Shown one piece after another: positions 1 through 7,132 of a stretch of DNA of 20,000 nucleotides (its first letter is position 1; every line of letters begins with the position of its first letter). Under the pieces are notes generated by a model. It saw only the letters and a program-made list of their open reading frames with translations, ran no database searches and was not told where the DNA came from. A program made the translations under genes and the position numbers. Origin of the DNA: Kiritimatiellia bacterium (GTDB lineage Bacteria > Verrucomicrobiota > Kiritimatiellia > RFP12 > JBMNHG01); NCBI GenBank assembly GCA_050950285.1, contig JBMNHG010000011.1:366794-386793 (forward strand), written 5' to 3'.

Positions 1-22
1 TGCCGTCCCCGGCTGGCTGGCT

Positions 23-46
23 GGAGGGACGACCTCCGTGTCGTCC
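23..46 (+). repeat. REP-like short palindrome GGAG-GGACGAC-ctccgt-GTCGTCC
   Basis: Perfect 7-bp inverted repeat (27-33/40-46) with a 6-nt loop, preceded by a GGAG tetranucleotide, in intergenic DNA. Only one copy is in the window, so REP status is inferred. Confidence 0.35.
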
Positions 47-91
47 GTCTGGGTTTTGCGAGCGCCACCGCGCCGCCTCCCATGAAAATTA

Positions 92-120
92 TTTACACGC
101 TTTTGAAAGATTCATATTGT
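92..120 (+). promoter_or_regulatory. Putative sigma70 promoter TTTACA-N17-TATTGT
   Basis: -35 at 92-97 and -10 at 115-120 with a 17-nt spacer, in an AT-rich patch upstream of the 288..761 gene. Confidence 0.5.
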
Positions 121-143
121 ACTATCCGTATCATAACTGTCTA

Positions 144-209
144 CTATCCCTATCCCGCCAGCCAGTAGCCAGCGCGACACTCCTGATACTGGCTGGCGGG
201 GTGGGGTGG
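144..209 (+). other. Long RNA stem-loop in the putative 5' leader
   Basis: Perfect 14-bp inverted repeat CCCGCCAGCCAGTA (154-167) / TACTGGCTGGCGGG (187-200) with a 19-nt loop. It extends outward to about 144/209 using G-U pairs on the + strand. Confidence 0.6.
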
Positions 210-287
210 GAGGGGGCATTGCCTGCGGGTTGCCCACCTTCGCGAGGCAGGCTTGACAACACTGTTGGACGTGAAAGGAGAGTCGCT

Positions 288-761
288 ATGGCGGCGAAGC
301 AAAACAAGGCTATCAGCGAGCAATTGGCCGAATGGCGGCGAGAGCAATCGAAACGAAGCGTTGACGAACGAGTCGACGCAGCATTGGTTCACGGAACAAA
401 CAAAGACATTCGCCATCGGCTTGGCGTTTGGGGAGTGTTTTTGATTCTTGTTGGCATCGGGACGATCCTAACGTGGTACGACGTCTTGAGGGATCCATTC
501 GTCAAAAACTCGGTCATTCCTTGGTTGTTAATGGTATGGGGCGCTTTGACAATTGTTCTGGGTGTTGCGGACTTGAAAAGTTCGAATCCCAAGTTGCTTT
601 TCCCAACAGGGATAGCCACACTGATCAACGGCGTTTACTTGGTCGCAGGTCTGAACATGATATGGGGGCCTGTCATGCTTATTGTGGGGGCATTGATGCT
701 GCGTGACGCGTTCAAAGCACGGAAGCAGCAATGCGGCCAGCCAGAACAGAAGACGAGATGA
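288..761 (+). CDS. Hypothetical membrane protein, about 4 TM helices, 157 aa
   Basis: Strong RBS AAAGGAG (274-280) before ATG 288, in frame with track ORF 117..761. Charged N-terminus, then four hydrophobic segments (LGVWGVFLILVGIG; WLLMVWGALTIVLG; GIATLINGVYLVAG; WGPVMLIVGALML). Visibly lower GC than its neighbours. Confidence 0.75.
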   Translation: MAAKQNKAISEQLAEWRREQSKRSVDERVDAALVHGTNKDIRHRLGVWGVFLILVGIGTILTWYDVLRDPFVKNSVIPWLLMVWGALTIVLGVADLKSSNPKLLFPTGIATLINGVYLVAGLNMIWGPVMLIVGALMLRDAFKARKQQCGQPEQKTR

Positions 762-798
762 GTCCCAGGCAACCTCCGAGGGTACGCGCGGGCGGCCA

Positions 799-863
799 CC
801 CCCCGGGGGGCCCGGTTCTCCGGTCTCCTCCGTCAAACACGGGGGGCAGGCTGCCCCCCTACA
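799..863. repeat. GC-rich palindromes between convergent genes (GTAG-type REP-like hairpin or terminator-like)
   Basis: CCCCCCGGGGGG at 799-810 and GGGGGGCAG-G-CTGCCCCCC at 841-859. On the minus strand the latter reads GTAG-GGGGGCAGCCTGCCCCCC and overlaps the TAG stop of the WG-repeat gene. No poly-U tail. Confidence 0.35.
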
Positions 864-2421
864 TCCCCTCCCGATCCAAGAATCCGGCGTCAAAGCCGGG
901 ATGGCGGGCGGGATCCCAGCCGTAGCGCAGGGGTTCGCCCCGTGCATCCATCCCCCATTCCATCCCATCGTATTCACACGCCAGCACCTCGTTGCCGTTC
1001 TCGTCGACCAGTCCCCATCGACCGGCGCGCCGGACGGGATGGAGTCCGTTCCATGGACGCCCCGAGGCCTCGAACCGCGCCTTCCATGGCCGGTCGGCAT
1101 CGGCTTGGGCCGGGGTGTCGCCGGCAGCGGCACGCAAGGCGCCAGCACCGTCTGTCCATTCGTCGAGTTTGCCCTTCCACCTCTTGTGCACCGCAGGGGT
1201 TGCGTCGAGCAGGTGGACCTGGTCGCCGCGTTGTCCGGCCAATCCTGCCTCCCACGGCATCAGCCGCTCGTACTCGAATGGCACCAGCACCCGCCCCGAG
1301 GCCAGATCAATGACGCCCCACTTGCCTTGTCGCATCGCGAGTGCATGGGCGTCGGACGCCGGGGCCAGCGAGACCAGGCGTTCATAGCGCGCCGTATCCC
1401 GGAATCCGCCGCGGGCGGGGTCGAGCAGGCCGGCGCGCCCCTCGCTCCACCCCGCCCAGCATCCCGGCGCCAGAGCCTCGATGCGCTCGTAGACGCAAGG
1501 CACCTGCTCCTGTCCGTTCGTGCCCACCAGCCCCCAGCGGCCCGCCGCGGACTGGGCCATCCACCAGTGGCCTGTGGCTGCCGGCGGCGGTTCGAGCGCG
1601 GCATAGCGCGGCGCGACGCAAAGGTGTCCGCCGACCGTCATCAACCCCCAGCGGTTCTCCTGGCGCACGCTGACCACGCCGCCGCATGGGACGCCGAAGT
1701 CGTCGAAACGCGCCTCCGTAAGCAGTGCACCGTCGCGGTGCAGCAGGCCGCGCTTCCCCTTCAGACGGTAGTTCCAGATGCGCGGCTCGTCGGCAAACCA
1801 CCAGAGGTCGTCGAACGCGGGTTTGGCCACCCAGGCGCCGTTCTCGTCGATCAGCCCCCAACGCCCGGACTCGGCGGCCGGCGCGCGTCCGCCGCGGAAG
1901 GGGCGCGCCTCGTCAAACTGCGGAGCGATCTTCACGGTGCCCGTGCGATCCATATAGCCCATGTGGCGCCCCTCGGCGATCAGCAGCAGCGGATCGTCCT
2001 GCCGGAGAAAGGCGCCGGCGCGGCTCGTGCGCCCCAGCAGCCGCCCCTCGCGATTCACGTACCCATAGGCGCCGTCCGCCAGGCCGACCACCGCCAGGCC
2101 GCGCTGGAAGCACGGCAGCGGTTGCTCCGGCAGGAGGTCGGCGAGGTTGCGCATCTCGGTGTCGGCGGGCAACGGGCGGGCCTGCTCGTCGAGAAACCTT
2201 CCGGACTGGGTGCCGCCGTATCGCTCCTGCACCCAGATGCGCCCCTCGCTCCAGCGGCCGGCCGCTTCGTAGCGCGGGGCGGCCAGCAGGCTGCCATCGC
2301 CCGCGACAAACCCGGCCTTGCCGTCCCGGAACACCGGCCAGGGGTGGTCCGCCGGCGGTGCCGCCCGGCAGGCGCAGGCGAGGGCCAGCCAGAGTCCCGG
2401 CAAGGTCAACCGGTGCGTCAT
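859..2421 (-). CDS. Exported WG-repeat (KWG/WG beta-repeat) protein, 520 aa, possible lipoprotein
   Basis: About 11 units of the type G-K/R-W/Y-G-L/Y/F-I/V-D-x-x-G...P-x-Y/F-D/E (e.g. SGRWGLIDENGAWVAKPAFD, QGKWGVIDLASG, AGRWGLVDENGNEVLACEYD). N-terminal signal peptide with LALACAC. Start overlaps the upstream stop (ATGA). Confidence 0.88.
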   Translation of the reverse strand: MTHRLTLPGLWLALACACRAAPPADHPWPVFRDGKAGFVAGDGSLLAAPRYEAAGRWSEGRIWVQERYGGTQSGRFLDEQARPLPADTEMRNLADLLPEQPLPCFQRGLAVVGLADGAYGYVNREGRLLGRTSRAGAFLRQDDPLLLIAEGRHMGYMDRTGTVKIAPQFDEARPFRGGRAPAAESGRWGLIDENGAWVAKPAFDDLWWFADEPRIWNYRLKGKRGLLHRDGALLTEARFDDFGVPCGGVVSVRQENRWGLMTVGGHLCVAPRYAALEPPPAATGHWWMAQSAAGRWGLVGTNGQEQVPCVYERIEALAPGCWAGWSEGRAGLLDPARGGFRDTARYERLVSLAPASDAHALAMRQGKWGVIDLASGRVLVPFEYERLMPWEAGLAGQRGDQVHLLDATPAVHKRWKGKLDEWTDGAGALRAAAGDTPAQADADRPWKARFEASGRPWNGLHPVRRAGRWGLVDENGNEVLACEYDGMEWGMDARGEPLRYGWDPARHPGFDAGFLDREGM

Positions 2422-5201
2422 GGCGCGATCCTCAAGCCTTGGAAGATCGCCTGGCGGACAATCTCCTCGATCCGTCGATAGCCGGGCGCCATGTAGTGGA
2501 GGCCGTCGTCGTCGCTGTCGTGGGGCACGTTTTCGATGTCGGCCACAATGAAGCGCGTATGGGGATTGTTGACGGTATGGGCGCGGACCAGGTTGTTGAA
2601 CGCGCGCAGCTGCCGGTCGCGCGCGGTCGTGTAGTTGGCGTAGTCGCTTCGGATCCGGGTCAGCGTCATGGCCACGACCAGCGTTCGTCCGCGCCCCGCG
2701 CGCAGCGCCAGGATCTTGTCGAGGCCTATCTTCCAGTCGGCATAGATCTCATTTGCGCTGCGGTTCCGCGACAGGTCGTTGATCCCGATAAAGTAGAGCA
2801 CGACCAGCTCGGCCGGCTCCGTGGTGACGGCCTTGACGGGGTAGGGGCGTGTCGGCTCGTCCAGCATGCCGTTGATATGGCCGGGGCGAGAACCGGGGTA
2901 GCCGCAGTGGTCGGGTCCGTGTCCGTTTGCCGGGTGGCCCACCCAGGGGATGGCGGTGGTGAGGTCGCTCCTGAGATAGCCGCGGTAGCCCTGGAAGGCG
3001 ATGTCGTTCCAGTTGCCGTACAGCCTGTCCCACTCTTGCGGCGCGGGATAGCTCAACCAGGGGCTGTTCCATCGCGGCGTCTCTTCGGTGCCATCGCGGC
3101 GTCGGCGGAATCCGTAGGTCATCGAGTCGCCGATGGCGGCCACGGCGAGGCCGATCAGCCGCACCCGGTTCTGCACGGCAACCACGTTGCCGGAGGCTCC
3201 GCGCAACACATAATCGACCGTGACCGAGGTGCCCGCCGGCCAGGCCCCCTGCACGAGCAGCTCCATGTCCACCGCCGCGTCGGAAGCGCCGGGCAGGGCG
3301 ATTTCCGATCCCGCCGGCGCGGCGAAGCCGCCCATGCCGGGCAACTTGTAGCGGAGCCGCGCAGGCGCGCTGAAGCGGGCATGGCGGGTCAGGCCGGGCA
3401 TGTTCCCGATGCCATGGAACCGCAGTTTCGCCGGCGGCACCGTTCCCGCGAAGGCCGCCGTATAGGAGGGCAGCACCAGGACGCCGGGATCCGCCAACTG
3501 CGCCCGAGGCACTTCCGCGACCCCCGCACCGCGACCGGCCGCCCAGGCATCGACACTCGTGGCGAGCGCCGGATCGATGACGGGCGTCGTGCCATCCGGC
3601 AGGACGCGCGACTGGATCCAGATCGTGGCCGTGCGTGACGTATCGAGCGGCGCAATCCCCGGCGGAACGAGGGCGCCGGACACATGGGTGCCGAGCAGGT
3701 CCTGCGGGTCTTCGATCGCCAGCGCCGTGCCGCCGGCGCCCTCGACCCGCGCCTCGTAGTCCGGATCGGCGAAGCCGTTGGCGGCGCGCACACTGCCAAG
3801 GTGGCCGAGGGAGACGCGATAGCGCGCACCGATCACGAGCGATAGCGTCTGCGTCTGCACCACGCCATAGGCGGTGTTCTGGAAGGTGAAGGAGCGCGTG
3901 TCGCCGGAGATGGCCTCGATGTGCATCTCGTAGGCCTCGGTGGCTCCATCCAGTCCGGGGTCGCCCAGTACGAAGTTGACGGGCGCCAGCAGGTTTTGCG
4001 AGGCCACGCCGCCATCACCGATGGGATTGGCTCCCCTGGCGATCTCGCATGCATCGCTCCATCCGTCGCCGTCGCTGTCGGCCAGGCGCGGCCGGCTGCG
4101 GTGGAGACGCTCCGCCAGGTTGGGGAGCCCGTCGCCGTCGCCATCGCCTTCCAGGCCATGGATGCCGGTGGCGTCGTAGGCCAGCAGGCGCGCGGCGACC
4201 TCGTAGCCGTCGCCCAGCATGTCGCCGTCGCTGTCCCAGTAGAAGGGGTCGAGCCGTCCGTAGAGAAACTCCGTCATCACATCGAGTCCGTCGCGGTCGA
4301 CATCGCCGGGGTTGTCGGGCGTTGCCGGATCGAGCCTGTGTTCGGGGAGGCTGCCCGGACGGTGGGCATAGAAGAACTCGACGCCGTCGGGGATGCCGTC
4401 GCCGTCGCTGTCGGCGTTCGCGGGGGAGACACCATGTAGCGGAACCAGCAGCAGCGCCGCGCCGGGCGCGAGCTTGTCGCTGAAGCACCACCATCCGCGC
4501 TTGTCGCGCTGTGCGCCCAGCGTGCCCGCCGCCACGCCGCCCTGCCCATCCTCCAAATCGCGGTAGCGCCAGATCATCGAGCCGTCGCGGCGCAGCTCCG
4601 CCTGGAAGGAGATCCGCGAGTTGACCGCATTGCTAAGCCGGAGGTTTTCCCAGCCGATGACGAAGCGGTCGTCCGCAGGTGCCCCTGTCCAGACGCGGCC
4701 GCCTGCGGCCGGCTCGAGATAGAGCTGCTGCCAGAAGACGCCCAGAAAGGGGTAGGGGCCGGAAGAGGTCGCGGGCAGCGGGCGAGGCGCGGGAGAAGGC
4801 TGGCCTCTTTCGAACCCCAGCGTGCCGTTGACCCCTACCCAGATGCTGGTCCAGCTCCGGTCGCCCCATGGGAAGGCGAAGGGCAATGCAACCGGCTGCA
4901 CGTCGTCATCCACGCCGCACCAGTTCCACTCCGCGATTCCGCCGGTACCGGGATCGGCGACCCATTCGCGATCGGCGTCGCCGGTCGCGCCCCAGAGCAC
5001 CAGGCCGACGGCCTCCTCGTCGTCGGCGAGTCCATCCCAGTCCGTGTCGGTGCCGTTGAGATAGACCTGCCGCGAGATGTCATCCCAGGAACGCGCCCAC
5101 GGCGGGCCGTGGATTTCTTCGGCCGGCAATAGCGCGGGACTCAGCGCCCGGGCGCCCAGCGCAAGGCAGATGCCGGAAAGGAGATGGAAACGCCTCTTCA
5201 T
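2418..5201 (-). CDS. Secreted multidomain SGNH/GDSL hydrolase with thrombospondin type 3-like DxDxDG repeats and a NIDO-like domain, 927 aa
   Basis: Start reassigned to ATG 5201 (MKRRFHLLSGICLALGARA signal peptide, ATGA overlap with the upstream stop). Six Asp-rich repeats, e.g. DSDGDGIPDGVE and DGDGDGLPNLAE. DDD..VALPFAFPW..IWVGVNGTLGF is NIDO-like. C-terminal SGNH blocks: IGDSMTYG, GYPG, IGINDL, DGLHY. Confidence 0.85.
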   Translation of the reverse strand: MKRRFHLLSGICLALGARALSPALLPAEEIHGPPWARSWDDISRQVYLNGTDTDWDGLADDEEAVGLVLWGATGDADREWVADPGTGGIAEWNWCGVDDDVQPVALPFAFPWGDRSWTSIWVGVNGTLGFERGQPSPAPRPLPATSSGPYPFLGVFWQQLYLEPAAGGRVWTGAPADDRFVIGWENLRLSNAVNSRISFQAELRRDGSMIWRYRDLEDGQGGVAAGTLGAQRDKRGWWCFSDKLAPGAALLLVPLHGVSPANADSDGDGIPDGVEFFYAHRPGSLPEHRLDPATPDNPGDVDRDGLDVMTEFLYGRLDPFYWDSDGDMLGDGYEVAARLLAYDATGIHGLEGDGDGDGLPNLAERLHRSRPRLADSDGDGWSDACEIARGANPIGDGGVASQNLLAPVNFVLGDPGLDGATEAYEMHIEAISGDTRSFTFQNTAYGVVQTQTLSLVIGARYRVSLGHLGSVRAANGFADPDYEARVEGAGGTALAIEDPQDLLGTHVSGALVPPGIAPLDTSRTATIWIQSRVLPDGTTPVIDPALATSVDAWAAGRGAGVAEVPRAQLADPGVLVLPSYTAAFAGTVPPAKLRFHGIGNMPGLTRHARFSAPARLRYKLPGMGGFAAPAGSEIALPGASDAAVDMELLVQGAWPAGTSVTVDYVLRGASGNVVAVQNRVRLIGLAVAAIGDSMTYGFRRRRDGTEETPRWNSPWLSYPAPQEWDRLYGNWNDIAFQGYRGYLRSDLTTAIPWVGHPANGHGPDHCGYPGSRPGHINGMLDEPTRPYPVKAVTTEPAELVVLYFIGINDLSRNRSANEIYADWKIGLDKILALRAGRGRTLVVAMTLTRIRSDYANYTTARDRQLRAFNNLVRAHTVNNPHTRFIVADIENVPHDSDDDGLHYMAPGYRRIEEIVRQAIFQGLRIAP

Positions 5202-5935
5202 TTGATCATCAAGATGCTGTGGCCCGCATGTTCGAGCGAGAGATCCAGCAGTTCGGCGCGCTCCCCGCGCGTTTCGATGCGCACCAGTTCCCATGCGGTG
5301 GCGGTGGCGGCGTCGGACGGCGGCGTGTGCCATCCGGGATCGACGTCGGCCAATTCCGCCGGAGCACGCCAGCCGCCGGCATCCTCCACCTTGGCGTGCA
5401 GGAGGTGGCCGTCGGGATCCATCCGCACGATGATGCGGCAGGGGCCGCCATCGGGCGGCAGCTGCGCCGGCGCCCAGACGGGCGCGTCCATGGCGTTGCC
5501 GCGCAGCCCCCAGCGTCCGCGGTCGAGTCCGACCATCAGGCGGGACTCCACTCCGTCCAGGATGCCGTTGGTCTCGATGTTGTCGGCGCCGAAGGCGGCC
5601 CATACGGCCTGGTCGGGCCAGCCGCGCACCGTCATGACCAGCCGCACGGCGCGATTGTCGCCCGCGCCTGGAGCCTCGAAGTCGCAGCGATGATGCGACA
5701 GCACATGGTGCGCCTGCGTATTGCGCAGGCTTCCACGGGCGATCGCGACGCTGTCGAAGACGCCCGGCAGACGCCACTCCGCGAGTTCGCGCAGCGGCAC
5801 GTGGACGTCCTGTGCCGGCCACGGCAGCTGCCAGCTGTCGGCATGCAGCGCGCCGGCCAGCGACAGCACGCCCAGCAGACTGGCCGCGAGCAGCGTGGCG
5901 CGGTGCCGCGGGGGAAGGTTGTCAGTTGACCACAT
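5198..5935 (-). CDS. Hypothetical exported protein, 245 aa
   Basis: Signal-peptide-like N-terminus (RHRATLLAASLLGVLSLAGALHA), normal composition with Trp/beta-rich character, stop overlaps the next ATG. Confidence 0.75.
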   Translation of the reverse strand: MWSTDNLPPRHRATLLAASLLGVLSLAGALHADSWQLPWPAQDVHVPLRELAEWRLPGVFDSVAIARGSLRNTQAHHVLSHHRCDFEAPGAGDNRAVRLVMTVRGWPDQAVWAAFGADNIETNGILDGVESRLMVGLDRGRWGLRGNAMDAPVWAPAQLPPDGGPCRIIVRMDPDGHLLHAKVEDAGGWRAPAELADVDPGWHTPPSDAATATAWELVRIETRGERAELLDLSLEHAGHSILMIK

Positions 5936-5943
5936 CGCGCTTT

Positions 5944-5972
5944 ACGATAGTGGAAAACACATGGATGAGCAA
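5944..5972 (-). promoter_or_regulatory. Putative sigma70 promoter TTGCTC-N17-TATCGT for the three-gene exported-protein operon
   Basis: -35 at 5972-5967 and -10 at 5949-5944 with a 17-nt spacer. The -10 ends 8 nt before ATG 5935. Confidence 0.4.
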
Positions 5973-6027
5973 GCGTATCGTAGCCCGTATCGCCGACTGC
6001 GGCCGACCGCGGGCTTTCCTCCGGGCG

Positions 6028-6057
6028 TTGACAATCGTGGGGGCGCCCTGCTACGTT
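6028..6057 (+). promoter_or_regulatory. Putative sigma70 promoter TTGACA-N18-TACGTT with extended -10 TG
   Basis: Consensus -35 at 6028-6033, TGn at 6049-6051, -10 at 6052-6057, upstream of the VIT1 gene. Confidence 0.55.
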
Positions 6058-6204
6058 TCCATGGCGCAATTTTGCACTGGCTTCCCCGGGTGCCGCGACG
6101 GGCGCTGATGAAGGGAAAGGCCGTCAGGACATCGCCCCGGTGCGGTTGTCCGCGCCGGCAATGCCGTGTGCCGGCCGCAGGCCGAGAAGAGGAGAAGAAA
6201 CGAC

Positions 6205-7068
6205 ATGGACGAACGTGTGCGCGCCATCCTCCGGAAGCATCAGCTTTCGGAAATCACGGAACACCACATCTACCTCCAGTTGGCGGCCCGCCAGAAGGAT
6301 GCCGGCAACCGCGCCGTCCTGGAGCGGATCGCGGCCGACGAAAAACGGCACGCCGCGATCTGGCAGCGATATACCGGCGAGGCGATCGCCCCCGACCGGG
6401 GCAAGGTCCGGCGTTACGTCTGGATCTGCCGCCTGTTCGGCCTCGCCTTCGGCACCAAGCTCATGGAGCGCGGCGAGAACCGTGCCCAGCGGGCCTATGG
6501 GAAACTCCCGGCGTCCATTCGCGAGGCGGAGGCGATCCGGCACGACGAGGATGTCCACGAGCAGGCCCTGCTGAACATGATCGACGAGGAGCGGCTGCGG
6601 TACATCGGTTCCATCGTGCTGGGCCTGAACGATGCGCTGGTCGAATTGACCGGCGCGCTGGCCGGCCTGACACTGGCGCTGCGCAGCACGCGGCTGATCG
6701 CGATGACCGGCAGCATCACCGGAATCGCGGCCGCCCTTTCGATGGCCGCCTCGGAATACCTCTCGACCAAGACCGAGGGCGGGCAAAAGCATCCGGTCAA
6801 GGCGGCCGTCTATACCGGGGTCGCCTACATCCTGACCGTGGCGCTGCTGATCCTGCCCTACCTGCTGCTGTCGAACTATCTGATTGCTCTGGGCTGCACG
6901 CTGGCGATCGCGCTGGCGATCATCGCCGCGTTCAACTGCTACATTTCCGTGGCCCAGGACCAGCCCTTCGGACGTCGCTTTGCGGAAATGGCGACGCTGA
7001 GTCTCAGCGTGGCCGCCATCAGCTTCCTGGTCGGCTTCCTGCTGCGCGGCCTCGGCGTGGAAAGCTGA
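6205..7068 (+). CDS. Rubrerythrin/ferritin-like N-terminal domain + VIT1/CCC1 transporter (MbfA-like iron exporter), 287 aa
   Basis: RBS AGGAG (6190-6194) before ATG 6205. Di-iron ligand motifs SEITEHHIY, DEKRH, ERGE, DEDVHE. VIT1 motifs IVLGLNDALV and AAALSMAASEYLS, followed by further TM helices. Confidence 0.9.
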   Translation: MDERVRAILRKHQLSEITEHHIYLQLAARQKDAGNRAVLERIAADEKRHAAIWQRYTGEAIAPDRGKVRRYVWICRLFGLAFGTKLMERGENRAQRAYGKLPASIREAEAIRHDEDVHEQALLNMIDEERLRYIGSIVLGLNDALVELTGALAGLTLALRSTRLIAMTGSITGIAAALSMAASEYLSTKTEGGQKHPVKAAVYTGVAYILTVALLILPYLLLSNYLIALGCTLAIALAIIAAFNCYISVAQDQPFGRRFAEMATLSLSVAAISFLVGFLLRGLGVES

Positions 7069-7132
7069 GTGTTGGGTTGGTTGCGCGGACCAGGGAGGGC
7101 GGCAGGAACCCCGCGTCTTCCCGTCCGTCCTG

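Noticed and set aside
117..287. Upstream extension of the first ORF from TTG 117
   Set aside because: It overlaps the predicted promoter and hairpin. The strong RBS supports ATG 288.
703..3638. Long plus-strand ORFs 703..2481 (592 aa) and 1725..3638 (637 aa)
   Set aside because: Antisense shadows of the WG-repeat and SGNH genes in high-GC DNA. They are Arg/Pro/Ala-rich with no motifs.
4020..4420. Repeated GCCGTCGCCGTCGCTGTC-like DNA as a CRISPR or other DNA repeat array
   Set aside because: These are coding repeats for DxDGDG motifs. They are degenerate and irregularly spaced, with no cas genes.
5202..5822. 207-aa N-terminal extension of the 1134-aa track ORF
   Set aside because: Arg-rich out-of-frame overlap with the 5198..5935 gene. 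The signal peptide and ATGA coupling place the start at 5201.
6105..6125. CTGATGA...GAAA resembling a hammerhead ribozyme core
   Set aside because: Only 3 nt separate CUGAUGA and GAAA, leaving no room for stem II, and there are no convincing stems I/III.
7069..7132. Intrinsic terminator between the convergent VIT1 and flippase genes
   Set aside because: Only an imperfect GC hairpin with no U-tract on either strand.
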